Positions 47,205 to 58,685 of a stretch of 64,000 nt of DNA are shown one piece after another. Origin of the DNA: Candidatus Krumholzibacteriota bacterium (GTDB taxonomy: Bacteria > Krumholzibacteriota > Krumholzibacteriia > JAJRXK01). The stretch's first letter is position 1. Every line of letters starts with the position of its first letter. Under the pieces are notes generated by a model. The model searched no databases. It had not been told where the DNA came from and saw nothing but the letters and a program-made list of their open reading frames with translations. The stretch lies in contig CAVXTH010000006.1 of NCBI GenBank assembly GCA_963764625.1, positions 352,001 to 416,000 of the forward strand. Reading direction: 5' to 3'. The position numbers and the translations under genes are program-made.

Positions 47205-48455
47205 ATGTTCGGCAAGATCAAATTGTGGATCAGCTTGGGAGCGATCGTCGCCCTGGCCGGCACCGGCACGCCAGCGCGCGCCCAGGAACTCCACGGCTTC
47301 GTGGAAGCCCTCACGGGGGCGCGGAGTGCGGAAGGGGGAGGAGCAAAGGCGGGCGACTACACCGCGGAGGAAACCCGCGTCCAGCTGCGAGTCAGCGACT
47401 ATGGCGACGATGCGGAGTACTTTGCCCGCATGGACTTTCGCTTCGACCAACTCAGCGAGAAGAACTCCGATCTCGAAGTTCGCGAGGCCTACATGGTGTA
47501 TACCGGTTGGGGAAGCCTCGATTTCAAGATTGGCCGGCAGATCTTGACCTGGGGGACGGGAGACCTTCTCTTCATCAATGACGTGTTCGCGAAGGACTGG
47601 GAGAGCTTCTTCATCGGACGCGAGGATCAGTACTTGAAGGCACCGCACGATGCGCTTCGCGTGGGTTTCTATCCGTCGTTCGTGAACTTCAATTTGGTCC
47701 TCATTCCCAAGTTCGAAGCCGATCGACTGCCGAGCTCCCCACGGCTCTCGGGTTATGATCCCTTCGGGGGGCTTCAGCAGAGCTTGGAGATGCCGGCCAA
47801 CGATCTGGGCAACGGGGAGATCGCCCTTCGTGCCTACCGCACGATCTCCGGCTGGGATCTCGCCCTCTATGGGCACTGGGGCCGCTTCCGTCAACCGCTG
47901 GGAGTCGCCGGCATGGATAGTGCGAGCGTGACGCTCTTCTATCCGCGCTTTAACACCTACGGAGCGAGCGCCCGGAGCAATCTCTTCGGTGGCGTCGTGA
48001 ATCTGGAGGGCGGCTACCTCTACAGCGTGGACGATCACGATGGAACGAATCCGCTGGTGGAGAATTCGTCGATCCGCTGGATGGGCGGCTACGACCGTCA
48101 ACTCGCCAGCGATACCCAACTGGGCCTGCAAGCCTATTACGAGTACATGGTCGATCACGCGCAGTACATAGAGCAGCTTGCACCTGGTCAGCCGGTTCGA
48201 GACGAGTTGCGTCAGCTCTACACCGTGCGCATCACGCAGATGTACCAGTACCAGACCCTCGTCTTTTCCCTCTTCGGCTTCTGGTCGCCGACGGACGAGG
48301 ACTATTACCTGCGCTTCAATGCGACCAAGAAATTCACCGATGCTCTGGCTCTGGCTTTGGGAGCCAACGTGTTCGGCGGAAAGAACGACTGGACACTCTT
48401 TGGTTCACAGGAATACAACGACAACGTCTACCTGAGAGCCCGCTACTCTTTCTGA
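47205..48455 (+). CDS. Outer-membrane beta-barrel protein (DUF1302-like)
   Basis: Signal peptide, REAY...D.KIGRQIL.WG.GD motif and C-terminal ...YLRARYSF. Confidence 0.75.
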   Translation: MFGKIKLWISLGAIVALAGTGTPARAQELHGFVEALTGARSAEGGGAKAGDYTAEETRVQLRVSDYGDDAEYFARMDFRFDQLSEKNSDLEVREAYMVYTGWGSLDFKIGRQILTWGTGDLLFINDVFAKDWESFFIGREDQYLKAPHDALRVGFYPSFVNFNLVLIPKFEADRLPSSPRLSGYDPFGGLQQSLEMPANDLGNGEIALRAYRTISGWDLALYGHWGRFRQPLGVAGMDSASVTLFYPRFNTYGASARSNLFGGVVNLEGGYLYSVDDHDGTNPLVENSSIRWMGGYDRQLASDTQLGLQAYYEYMVDHAQYIEQLAPGQPVRDELRQLYTVRITQMYQYQTLVFSLFGFWSPTDEDYYLRFNATKKFTDALALALGANVFGGKNDWTLFGSQEYNDNVYLRARYSF

Positions 48456-48474
48456 GCTTCGTGGAGGAAACGCC

Positions 48475-48702
48475 GTGCAAGATCACGATATGAGAATTCA
48501 AAACCTGATTCGCCGGTTCGCGGGGAGTTTCGTTCTCGTCAGCCTCGCACTGGGCTACTGGGTGCATCCCGCCTGGTTTCTCTTCACCGCGTTCGTGGGA
48601 GTGAATCTCCTCCAGAGCAGTTTCACCAAATGGTGTCTGCTGGAGAAGATTCTATATCGGGTGCTTTCCGCCGCGCCGGGCGCCCGGACGGCGCACTCGT
48701 AA
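48475..48702 (+). CDS. DUF2892/YgaP-like small membrane protein
   Basis: R.FAG..VL.S..L....HP.W..FTAFVG.NLLQS.FT.WC pattern. Confidence 0.85.
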   Translation: MQDHDMRIQNLIRRFAGSFVLVSLALGYWVHPAWFLFTAFVGVNLLQSSFTKWCLLEKILYRVLSAAPGARTAHS

Positions 48703-48812
48703 GCCCTGCTTAGGGGGTGACCTCACCCATTGCGACTCACGCAGGGTCTTCTTGCCACCTAGGGAGGACCTCGCTAGGCTGGGGCCTCAGACTCCAACCA
48801 CCGAGGTTCTCC

Positions 48813-50946
48813 GTGCGTTCTCCATTCCGTCTTCTCCTCGTGTTGTCCTGCCTGCTCGGTTCTCTGAGCGCCTTGCCGGCGCATGCCGGCAATTTTCGAT
48901 TCGCCCATCACGATCTACAGGCCGCATTGAGCATCGGGGATCACGGACTGCGGGTCAGCGACCGGATCACGGTGGAAAGCGGACCCAACCGGCAAGCTCC
49001 TCTGCGCTTTCTTCTGCACCGAGGGTTGACTCTGAGCCGAGCTCGTCTCGACTCCGAGGAACTGCAGAGCGGGGTGAGGGATGGATTCAACCCCCGCCAT
49101 TTCTGGCGGAGGCCGCCCTACGATCGGCTGGAGGATTACGAGATCGCACGGGAATGGACGCTGACCGCGCCCGAGGGGGGATGGCCGGCCAAATTTTCCG
49201 TGGACCTCGAGTACTCCGGGGCCGTGTTCGACAGTCTGCACGCTCCCAAAGTCGCCTACCAACGCTCCTTCGAAACCACCACCGGGCTCATCACGCAACG
49301 AGGCGCGTTTCTCTCCGGCGCCACCTTTTGGTTGCCGTGGTGCACAGACGACACCTTCACCTACGACCTTATCATCACTACTCCCGCCGACTGGGAAAGC
49401 ATCAGCCAGGGACGACGCGCGCACCGCGAGGTCGATGGACAGGGGAGGATCCACACCGAGTGGGTCGACGAGCACCCCATGACCGAAGCTTATCTCGTCG
49501 CCGGCCCCTATCAGATCCGCGCAAATGAGCACGGGAAAGTCGCTCTCTACACCTTCACCTACGCCAATACCGATTCCATGCTCTGTCAGACCTATCTCGA
49601 TGCGGCTGGCGGCTATCTCGATCTCTACGAGCAAATGATCGGCCCCTATCCCTTTGCGAAGTTCGCTCTGGTCGAGAACTGGTGGCAGACCGGATTCGGG
49701 ATGCCCTCGTTCACTCTGCTGGGAGACCGCGTGATCCGTTTGCCGTTCATCGTCCACACCTCTTACGGTCACGAGATTCTGCACAATTGGTGGGGCAACG
49801 GCGTCTTCGTCGACTACGACCAGGGCAACTGGTGCGAGGGATTGACCACTTACCTGGCGGATCACCTCTACAAGACGAAGGAGAGCCCGCAGGCGGCCGT
49901 CGACTACCGGCGCGCACAACTCCAGGGCTATCTCGACTACGCGGTGTCGGGAGCCCGGGATTTTCCCTTGCGCGAGTTCACCGAACGAGAGAGCGCCAGT
50001 ACCCAAGCCGTCGGGTACGGGAAGACGATGATGGTGTTTCACATGGCGCAGCTTCGAGCCGGGGATGACGGCTTTTTCGCGGCCTTGCGGCTTTTCTATC
50101 AGAAGTACCTCTTCAAGGAAGCGAGCTGGGACGATCTCATCGCTTGCTTCACCGCAAGCAGCGATTTGGAGTGGAAAGATTGGTTCGAGCAGTGGATCGG
50201 CCGCCCCGGCGCGCTTCAACTCTCCGCCTCATTGCGGAACGCAAAGGGTGGCTCCCCGCAGCTGGTGTTGCAGCAGGCCGAGCCCTACTACGAGGTGACG
50301 GTCCCGGTGCGGGTGGAGAGCGATACCGGCACCAGCGTGCATCTGGTTCCACTGCACGGCGCCGAGGCCACCATGGAACTCGGTGCTTCGGCCCGGATCA
50401 TCGAGATCGATCCGGATTGCGATCTCTTCCGCCGTTTGAAGAGGGCGGAGATTCCACCGGCGCTGAGTCAGACTCTTGGCGCCGAGAAGACCGTCGTGGT
50501 GATCGGAAGTGATACCAGTAAGGCAATGGCGGCCGCCCTGCGTGCGGTAGCCGAGGACTGGGCCAAGAATCAGGATATGCTCGTGGTCGCCGAGACTGAG
50601 TTTCACGACGATCCCGCGCGCAGCGTTTGGCTATTGGGTGACGGTCCGCTCGCCCGACGGACCCTGGCCGATTCACACGCCTACGGTGATCAGCCCTCCA
50701 AGCTGTGGAAGAAAGCCCAGAGCGAGGGTCGGAAGCCTGGTCCTGACTCTGCGAGATCCCAAGAACGAAGCGCGTTCCTGGTCACTCTTCCTCGCCGCGA
50801 GTCCGGACTTCACCACGGCGGTGGGAGCGAAACTGACACACTACGGTCGCTACAGTTACCTCGAATTCGAGGGGGAGAAGAACGTGGAGAAGGGTAGCTT
50901 CAAAGTGGAGACCTCCCCTCTGCGCTTGGTAAGGGAGGTCGAGTAA
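48813..50946 (+). CDS. Exported M1-family aminopeptidase; +1 frameshift near 50730
   Basis: G.GMPSFTLLG, HEILHNWWGN and W.EGLTTY motifs. The C-terminal LTHYGRYSYLEF segment lies in the +1 frame, ending at the TAATG overlap with the next gene. Confidence 0.85.
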
Positions 50947-52172
50947 TGCGTGCGATTTCAGGATCGAGGGTCTCTGTGGCGACGGCTTTGCTGCTCCTCC
51001 TTGCTCTCGCGCCGCGCGCGGGACACAGCAAGGACGCGAAGGAGGAAGATCTCTCCGCGATCACGCAAGATCTGTCGACTCTCTGCTCCGACTCGTTCGC
51101 GGGACGAGGTCTGGGAAGCAAGGGCTTGCAACTGGCGACCGAGTATCTCGAGGGTCGTCTGAAGGAGCTGGGGGTGAAGCCGGCCTTCGGTAGCTCGTAC
51201 CGCCAGGAATTCACCGCGCCCTCCTCCGAGACCGTCATCAATCTCGTGGGTCGCATTGGCACTCCCGAGAACGCGCACCACGTCATCGTGGGCGCCCATT
51301 ACGATCACCTCGGCCTGGATGAGAACGGGAAGATCTATCACGGGGCCGACGACAACGCCTCGGGGGTGAGCACCGTTCTCGAACTGGCCCGCATTCTGAA
51401 GGACGATCCGCCCGGCGGAGAAGTCCTGCTGATTTTCTTTTCGGGTGAGGAGGAGGGATTGTTGGGAAGCCGTTATTATGCCGCGCATCCGGCGGCGCCG
51501 TTGAACGAGTGCACCGCGATGGTGAATCTGGACACCGTGGGGCGCTTGAGCTGCGGTGGACTGACCATCTTCGGAACGAATACCGCGCAGCAGTGGAGCT
51601 CGATCCTGGGCGGCGTGGACTACGGCTTCCACCTGAAGCCGGCCCTGCCCAAGGACGATCCCGGAGGAAGCGACCAGGTTTCGTTCGTGGACAAGGGAGT
51701 CCCGGCGATCCAGCTCTTCACCGGGGCGAATGCCGACTACCATCGCATCGGCGACACCCTCGACAAAGTCGACGGTCAGGGCATCGCCACTCTCGGAGCA
51801 TTCACCGCCGAGCTGGTGCTCTTTCTCGCCGACGAATCCCACGGCCTGAGCTTCATGCCTCCTGGCGTCGAGCACGCGCCTACGCCGGTGGACACCTCGA
51901 CGCGGCGCCGCGTGAGCGTGGGCACGATTCCCGACTTCAATCATAGCGGCGGGGGAGTATTGATCGCGGGCGTCATCCCCGGGTCTCCCGCGGAGAAGGT
52001 GGGGCTGAGGAAGGGCGATCTCCTGGTCGAAGTCGATGGGGCGGCGGTCAACAATCTGGCCGAGTATGCCGCGGTGCTCAAGGAGCACGCGCCGGGCGAT
52101 ATCATTCCCCTCGTCTTCGTCAGAGATTCGAAACGAATTACAGTGAACGTCACTCTGGCGGAACGACACTAG
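50946..52172 (+). CDS. Exported M28-family peptidase with C-terminal PDZ domain
   Basis: GAHYDHLG, GADDNASG, FSGEEEGLLGS, NLD.VGR, SDQ.SF, DYH and GTIPDF...GSPAEK.GL..GD motifs. Confidence 0.92.
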   Translation: MRAISGSRVSVATALLLLLALAPRAGHSKDAKEEDLSAITQDLSTLCSDSFAGRGLGSKGLQLATEYLEGRLKELGVKPAFGSSYRQEFTAPSSETVINLVGRIGTPENAHHVIVGAHYDHLGLDENGKIYHGADDNASGVSTVLELARILKDDPPGGEVLLIFFSGEEEGLLGSRYYAAHPAAPLNECTAMVNLDTVGRLSCGGLTIFGTNTAQQWSSILGGVDYGFHLKPALPKDDPGGSDQVSFVDKGVPAIQLFTGANADYHRIGDTLDKVDGQGIATLGAFTAELVLFLADESHGLSFMPPGVEHAPTPVDTSTRRRVSVGTIPDFNHSGGGVLIAGVIPGSPAEKVGLRKGDLLVEVDGAAVNNLAEYAAVLKEHAPGDIIPLVFVRDSKRITVNVTLAERH

Positions 52173-52185
52173 CCGACGCGAGCGC

Positions 52186-54854
52186 CTATTTTGCGATGAC
52201 CGTGATCAGGGGGCCAACCTCGAGGTAATACGTCGCCGCATTTCCCACTGCTACGGGCTTCACCGCGCGGAGTCCCTCCGCTTCCTCGGCGGAGAAGCCG
52301 ATGCCGCCCTCCAAGTACGCGTCGCGCGAGAGCGCGAAAGCCTGGCCCATGCTGGTCATGGTTCGCATGCGGAGCCGGCCCAGGCGCGAATTCACCGCGG
52401 TCTCGATCTCCTCCGGGCTCACCTGGAGCGACTTCACGATCATGTAGTCTTTCATGGCGGCCTCGGCCTCTATCGAGATTTTTCGGCTGAGTCCCCATCG
52501 AGGCGCTGATGATGGCGCGCGTCTCCCAGGAACTGGGTTCCGATCCCCAAGCTGTAGGCGAGTCCGCGCGTTTCGCGCAGGTCCTGTTGCATGCGATCGC
52601 TCAGCACCATCACCGCCACTTCCAGAGCCCAACGGTCTTCGGGTTGCACTGAGATGACCCTTCCCATCCGAATGGTGGACTGAGCGCCGCCCACTTCGAT
52701 CACCTCGCGGCTCGTGTCGGCGGTGAGCGGCGGCTGCGCCAAAGAACCGGCAGGTGGAGCCTCGTTCGAAGGCTTGGTGTGGAAGGCGGTGCAGATCTTT
52801 TCCAGTGCGGTCTCGTAGGGCACGTCCCCCACGATGGCGAGGACCAGGTGCTCAGGGGCCAGGTACTTCGGCGCGAAGGCGCTGATCTCCTCCAGCGTGA
52901 TCGACTGCAGCGTCTGCATGGTGGGCAGGACCGGGTCCGCCAGGGGGTGATTCGGGTAGAGAAGCTGGGCCAGCCGCGCCGAAGAGAGCGAGCTGGACGA
53001 CTTCGACCGCCGTCCGATGACTCCCGAAAGCTGTGCACGTACGTCCGCCAACGCCGATTCGTCGTCGAACGAACGGGAACACATTTTCGCCATGAGATCG
53101 ATCGCGTCGAGATAGAATTCGTCGGTCACCGCCAGGCGCACGAAGGAATAGAGCGGCGTGGTGTAGTAGTCGTCGAAGGGAATCCAGGGGTTGTCGGCCA
53201 CTTTCAATTCCGCGCCAATCCGGTCCTGGAGGGGCGACGCTCCGCCCGGAGGAAGCAGACGGTGGAGGACGTCGGCGATTCCATGCCGGTCCGCGGGTTC
53301 ACGACCACTGCGGTTCTTCACTAGAAGGTGCAGAGCAACCATCCGCGTGCCGGTCGATGCGGAGTGAATCAGAGTCATGCCATTCTGAAGGACGGTGACG
53401 CGGGGAGCTTGGTCAGCCTGAAGCGTAGGCGGCAAATGGCGCGGGGGAGGGCCTTTCAGCTTGTCGTTCATCGCATTCAACGAATCCACGAGCTTCGGAA
53501 GGGCAGTGAGTCCGTCCGCCCCCTCGAAGTGGGGAAGGTCGGGACCGGCCGCGGTGAACACGAGTCCGAGCGGCAGTAGGCGATCCCGAGCGTACGAAAC
53601 GAGATCGGCCGGTGTCACCTGCTCCACAGCATCCAGATACGCATTGAGGAAGTCCGCGTCCATCGACCAGAGCCGGTCTCCGTGGAAGAGTGCGTAGTAG
53701 TGCAGCTGTTCGAGCTGCGATATTTCCGCGGACAAAAGTCGCGTCCGCGCGGCTTCCACTTCGGCTTCTTCGAGGTGACCGAGACTGGACCACGCGCTCG
53801 CCATGCGCTGGAAGACGTCGCCCAGCGAGGATCCCTCGGCGAAGCGCGCTTCCATCTGAAGCATCATCTTGCCGCCGATCCACTGCAGGCTGGCACTGCT
53901 GCTCTGCACCTCGACCGCGGGCTTCAGGTCGAGCATGCGGCTGAGGCGATGCTGTTCGCCTCCGCCCAAAATCTCCTGAAGAAGGGCCAGGCACGCGTGT
54001 TCCTTCGCGTCGTGAGCCTCTACCACCACCGAGGCCTTCGCGCTGACCGAAGGGGCAGGAACCTCTGTCGTCGCCACCGTCGAGGCGCTCTCGCTGCCGA
54101 GTTTCAGGATGGGGGCGGGAATGGGTAGCTCGGCGGGTGGGGTCGTAGTTTGAAAGAACTGTTTCACGAGGCCAAGGGCCTCGTCCGGGTCAAAATCCCC
54201 CATCAGGATGAGACGCATGTTCGCCGGCACGTATTGCCGCTTGTAGTACTCGAGCACCACATCGTGCGGCAGGGCGGCGATCGTGGCCGGCGTGCCCAAG
54301 ACCGCTCGCGCGAACGCAGGGTCCCCCTCGTGCAAGAGTGAATCGAGAGCGGTCGAAATCCGATCGTCCGGATTGTCCATGTCCTTCGCGATTTCCTCGA
54401 TGACGATGCCGCGTTCCTTCTCGAACTTCGCAGGGGGAAGAATGGAGTGCAGAAGCATGTCCGACTGGAGATCGAGCGCTTCTGCGAGTTTCTCCTTGGG
54501 GGCCACCATCATGAAGTGCGTGTACTCTCGGCGCGTGGTCGCGTTGTTGTAGGCGCCGATGCGATCGGCGAACGCGTAGATCTCCTCCTGGGTACGTCGA
54601 GTCGTCCCATTGAAAAGCAGGTGCTCGAGAAAATGGGAAGAACCCGCATAGCGGTCTTCCTCCCGGCTGGCGCCCGCTCCCACGAAGACGTTCGAGGCGA
54701 TCAATCCGCTGCCCGGACGCGAAAGGAAAATTACCTGCAGACCGTTGGGCAGCTGGACCGCTTTGAGCGGAACGGCATGCCCGGCGCGAGGAAAAAGAGC
54801 AGAGGAAGCAAGAAGGAGGATCGTGGAAAGTACGAGGGAAGGCCGCCGCCGCAT
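52186..54854 (-). CDS. Exported M16 (insulinase/pitrilysin) zinc peptidase; two +1 frameshifts near 52520 and 52475
   Basis: HFLEHLLFNGT, NATT, ERGIVIEE and LRETRGLAYS motifs. Removing two bases continues the protein as AIISASMGTQPKNL..EAEAAM...VSPEEIETA...AV...AA.YYL, an M16 C-terminal pattern. Confidence 0.85.
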
Positions 54855-54908
54855 GCTGTTCTCCCGTGAGAGTGCCCGTGAGTGGGGTGGATTGGACGAA
54901 TCCTCGCC

Positions 54909-54937
54909 ATTATCGAGCAGCGATCGGCGGGTTCCAA
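54909..54937 (-). promoter_or_regulatory. Sigma70-type promoter of the M16 gene
   Basis: Minus strand TTGGAA, 17-bp spacer, GATAAT. Confidence 0.45.
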
Positions 54938-54993
54938 GCAATTTGTTGGTGGAGGGGTAGCCGCGAAGGCCCAGTGCGATGCGCGGTGGGCGG

Positions 54994-57715
54994 TCAGTCG
55001 GTGAGGGCCGGACTGGCTTCGACTTCGACCTGCAACTTCACCAGCTCCGCGCCGGCCGGAACGCTCAACTCGCGAGGACTCTCCTTCGCCACGCTTAACT
55101 TGCGAGAGTGAAGCCATTCCTGGTGTACCACGATGCGATACTTTCCCGGAGCGACTCCCATCAAATAGAACTCACCGTCGTGAAAGCTCTTTGCTTCATA
55201 ACTCCGGTGTCCGCCGATCTGCTCCAGCCGCACCGGCACCGAACCGGTGGGATGAAGAGCGTCTCCATCGCGAGTGTAAGCGGAACCCTCCAGTTCGACT
55301 CCCATTACGAGCGGCAGATCCAGCGTTCGATATCCATTGGGTGAGATCGGCGCCGCCGCGCGTTCGAAGACGGGGATCAGCAGCGGATTCTTCAGGGAGG
55401 ATTTCTGCACCTGAATCTTCGCGGCTTCGAAAGGCACGAGGTTCCACACCGAATAGCGACCATACTCGTCGGTCGTAACCGTCTCGTCACCGACGAGCAG
55501 TTGCACCCCCGGCATTCCGGACTCACCCGCGTCCAGGATCCCGTCTCCGTTGCGGTCGAGAAACACCGTCCCACTGATCCCGCCCTGACCGATGGTCTTG
55601 AAGGGAAAGGCCTGAATGCGATTGCTGCCCGGGTTGTAGATCATCGAACCCTCGGCATGCAGTCCCGCGCTCGTGTTGCCGTCGGGATCACGCCGGAACT
55701 GAGTGCTGCTGTATGCTTGTCCGCCAGTTGCGGTGATGCCGATGGTTAGAAGCGGCTCCCTCTGCGAGCGGAGCCATAGGCCTCCCAGCTCGACTCGGGC
55801 CGATCTTCCGATCCGCCGCGCCACCAGCGCTTGGAACCAATCGGAGTTCGCGACGCCAGTGTCCACCTCGCCCTGGAATCGAAGCTGAAGGCCGTGCAAG
55901 AGGCCCAGGCGGCGTGTATTGAGGATCTTGGAGGCCTGGAAGCTGACGCTGTTGCCCCGCTGGGTATCCACCGGGCCCTTGTCCCATTCCTCGTTCCACT
56001 GAAGACCGCCACGGATTCCCCCCAGACAGAACGGTCGCACCCCAGCTCGCGCGAAGGTTCACATCGTCTTCGTAGCGATGACGCTGTCCGTCGAAGGTCA
56101 GGAAGAGGTTGCGCTGATGGTGAAAGGGACGATAGAAAAATGAACCGATGCTTCGTTGTTTTTCCAGCCGGCTTCCGACGGCGGGAGTGAAGTAGTCCTG
56201 GCTCGAGAGGCTCTCGTCGAAGGAGACTCGATCGAAGCGGGTGTGTTCCGCCGATAGGCGCAGATCGCCGTTCGGTTCGATGCTGGCGACCCCGCGCCAC
56301 CAGGCATCGTGGACGCGCTCGGCGAAAACGTGCAGGGCGTTGATCGGAGAAGAGCTGAGAGACAGATAGGGATGGTGCTCGTCCGGCGCGTCGCTTCTGT
56401 GATAGCTCTCGTACCCGCCACGCACCGTCCATCGTTCGCTGACTCCGTAGCGGAGATCGAGTTCGAGCATGTCCTCGTTCGCGTGGTTCTCGACCCGCCC
56501 CGCGCTGAAGTCATACTCGAGATGGTGGGCCGGGAGACGATCGAAGTCGACGCGGACCGCCCGGCGCGTGATCTGCAGTTCCCCGTGCGGTCCATAGGCC
56601 CGGATCTCGACCGGGTTCTGACCGTAATCGAGGGGCACCACGAATTCCCAACGACCGCGATCGTCGACCCGGTCCCAGGCCAGAAGTCGTCCATCGCGGT
56701 AGATCTCCACTTCCCAGCCGGGGTCGAGGCGACCGCGGAGCACGACTCGTCCGAAATCACTGCTTCGCAGAAAGGGAGAGTTCCCCAGGCTGACCCCGGT
56801 GATCGCGCGCGGGCGGGGGCCGCCGCTCAGAGTGCGGCCCAGAGAGAGTTGGCGCAGCCAATTCTGCTGGGGCCACACCCCCTGCCAACGAGCGTCCAGC
56901 CTCTCCAGTCCGTGCCCGTCCATGCGGCCTCGATAGCGCAGGTCGAGACCGCCTCCCAAAGCACTGCCCCCGAAGCTCGTGGCGTACGAGCTGATCTCGG
57001 GGCGGTCGAGGCTAGGAGAGCTGAGATCCCAGTCGAGGGTGGCGCCCGACCACGCGTCGACCTTCGGCTCGAGAACGAGATCCGGCTCGATCGATTTTGC
57101 CGCCTCCAGGCGACGCAGACGTTCGCGGCGCAAGCGCCGTCCGAGGGGAAGCCGGTCGACGGGATCGAAGGTGACGGTCATCTCGCTGAGATCCTCGTAC
57201 ACCTGCGTATCCAGGAGCCAGGCCATGACTGCGGTGGAGGCATAGAGCTGGCCCTGGTAGACGAAGAGTTCGTGGGCGCGCAACTGGCGCCAGGCCGAGT
57301 CGCGATTCGCTCTTCTCGAGAACGGATCCAGCGACAAATGCCGGTGCCCCGGTTCGAGGAAGCCTCGAAGCTGGAGAGTGCTGTCGACCGAAGCATCGAG
57401 CTCGACGAGACGGCACAGGACGAGCGCCGGCACCCACACGCGACCATCCGCGAGGTAGGCCGGCTGAGTATCGCGTGCTTCCTGCCCCGCCCGTAGCTCG
57501 ACGATGATCTCCTGGAAGCCGCTGGTGGCGGGATCTTGCAAAACAGGGGAAGCGATCGAGTCGGGGGCCGCCGCCGAGTTCACGGGTTGAAGCGTGGCAT
57601 GGCTTGGGGCGGCGACCAGCAGAGAGCAGCAGGCAAGCCAAAGTGCGAAGGAAAGAATCCCCGATTCTCGCGTTCCCACTCTCGCCCCTGACATTCTTGC
57701 CGATTCGTTCATCAC
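54994..57715 (-). CDS. Usher-like outer-membrane protein of a DUF4402 pilus locus; +1 frameshift in the G6 run at 56018-56023
   Basis: Signal peptide, beta-barrel strands, plug motif WEVEIYRDG.L......G...F.VPL.YG.N......GP.G, and C-terminal SdrD-B/carboxypeptidase-regulatory-like Ig domains (VFLDRNGDG.LD.GE). Confidence 0.75.
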
Positions 57716-57740
57716 CGCTCGGTTCGTCTGGTATCCGGTT

Positions 57741-58622
57741 TTACTCGCCTCGTTGGGTGGCTGGAATCGGTCTTTCGTAGATCAGAGCCATGCTGCGCAT
57801 GACCGCCACGCTCGCGAGAATCCCCTCGGGGGGAAGGTCTTCCCGGTCGGTATCCAGTCTCACCGAGATCGTATAGCGTCCGGGCAGAGGGGGGGCCTGC
57901 AGTGGCAGCTCCAGGCTGCGCTGCAGGTCTTCGTAGACCGCTACTGCGCGGTTCCAGCGTTGCACTTCATGACCGCCCGCGTCGCTCAGCACCGCGTCGA
58001 CCTGGCCCAGCCAGGCGGCGTTCCCGGTGCGATGCAGGTCCAACTCCAGCTTGACCGCTGCGCTGTCGACCGTGGCGCGGAGGTGCCGCAAATCGACACC
58101 GGTGTTCACTCTGCCCTTGCGATAGTTCAGAGAGATGATGGTTCGGGTGGCCAGCGCGAGACCGACTTGCACTCCCTCGCTTTGCTCGAGCTTGTGCGCG
58201 ACCGGCGCTTTCTGCGAATTCACGATGACCCGGCTCCAGTATTCACCGTCGGCCAGTCCCGCGGGGGGACGCGCCAGCAGGCGGATCGCCTGTCTCTGTC
58301 CCGGGATGAGGAGCACGCGTTTCGGAAGAGCTTTGACCCACGAGGCGCAGGACGGCTCCGTGGCCCCGGGATGGTCGTCGAGAAAGACCCTGACTCCGCC
58401 ACTCCCGTCCCCGCGGGGATAGCCGTAACTGAGTTCCACCGTGACTTCCACCGGGACCTCCTCCGTGTTGTACACGTAGAGTACGGTCGAGCGGGTCTGG
58501 TGATCGATGAACAGCGCGTGAGGTGCCACGAGGACTGCGTGCGAATCGCTTGCGACGAGGCTCCACAGGAGGATCAGACAGAACACGAAGAGGAGGGAAG
58601 AGCGGCGATGTTGCCGTCGCAA
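57741..58622 (-). CDS. PapD-like periplasmic pilus chaperone
   Basis: Signal peptide and VAPH...N......V...W....P....L.PG.RQ.IRL...P....DGEYWSR motif. The true start may be ATG 58665 via another +1 error. Confidence 0.75.
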   Translation of the reverse strand: MRRQHRRSSLLFVFCLILLWSLVASDSHAVLVAPHALFIDHQTRSTVLYVYNTEEVPVEVTVELSYGYPRGDGSGGVRVFLDDHPGATEPSCASWVKALPKRVLLIPGQRQAIRLLARPPAGLADGEYWSRVIVNSQKAPVAHKLEQSEGVQVGLALATRTIISLNYRKGRVNTGVDLRHLRATVDSAAVKLELDLHRTGNAAWLGQVDAVLSDAGGHEVQRWNRAVAVYEDLQRSLELPLQAPPLPGRYTISVRLDTDREDLPPEGILASVAVMRSMALIYERPIPATQRGE

Positions 58623-58685
58623 TTTGTTTTGCCGAGCTCTTCCGCAAAATTGAATTCATGTTCATGGCGTCCCCCCCGGGATGCG

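Noticed and set aside
50638-50946. Separate 102-aa ORF
   Set aside because: It is the frameshifted C-terminus of the M1 aminopeptidase.
52186-52455. Apparent independent 89-aa gene (MKDYMIVK...)
   Set aside because: Its sequence matches the expected M16 peptidase C-terminus and joins the upstream ORF after two single-base corrections.
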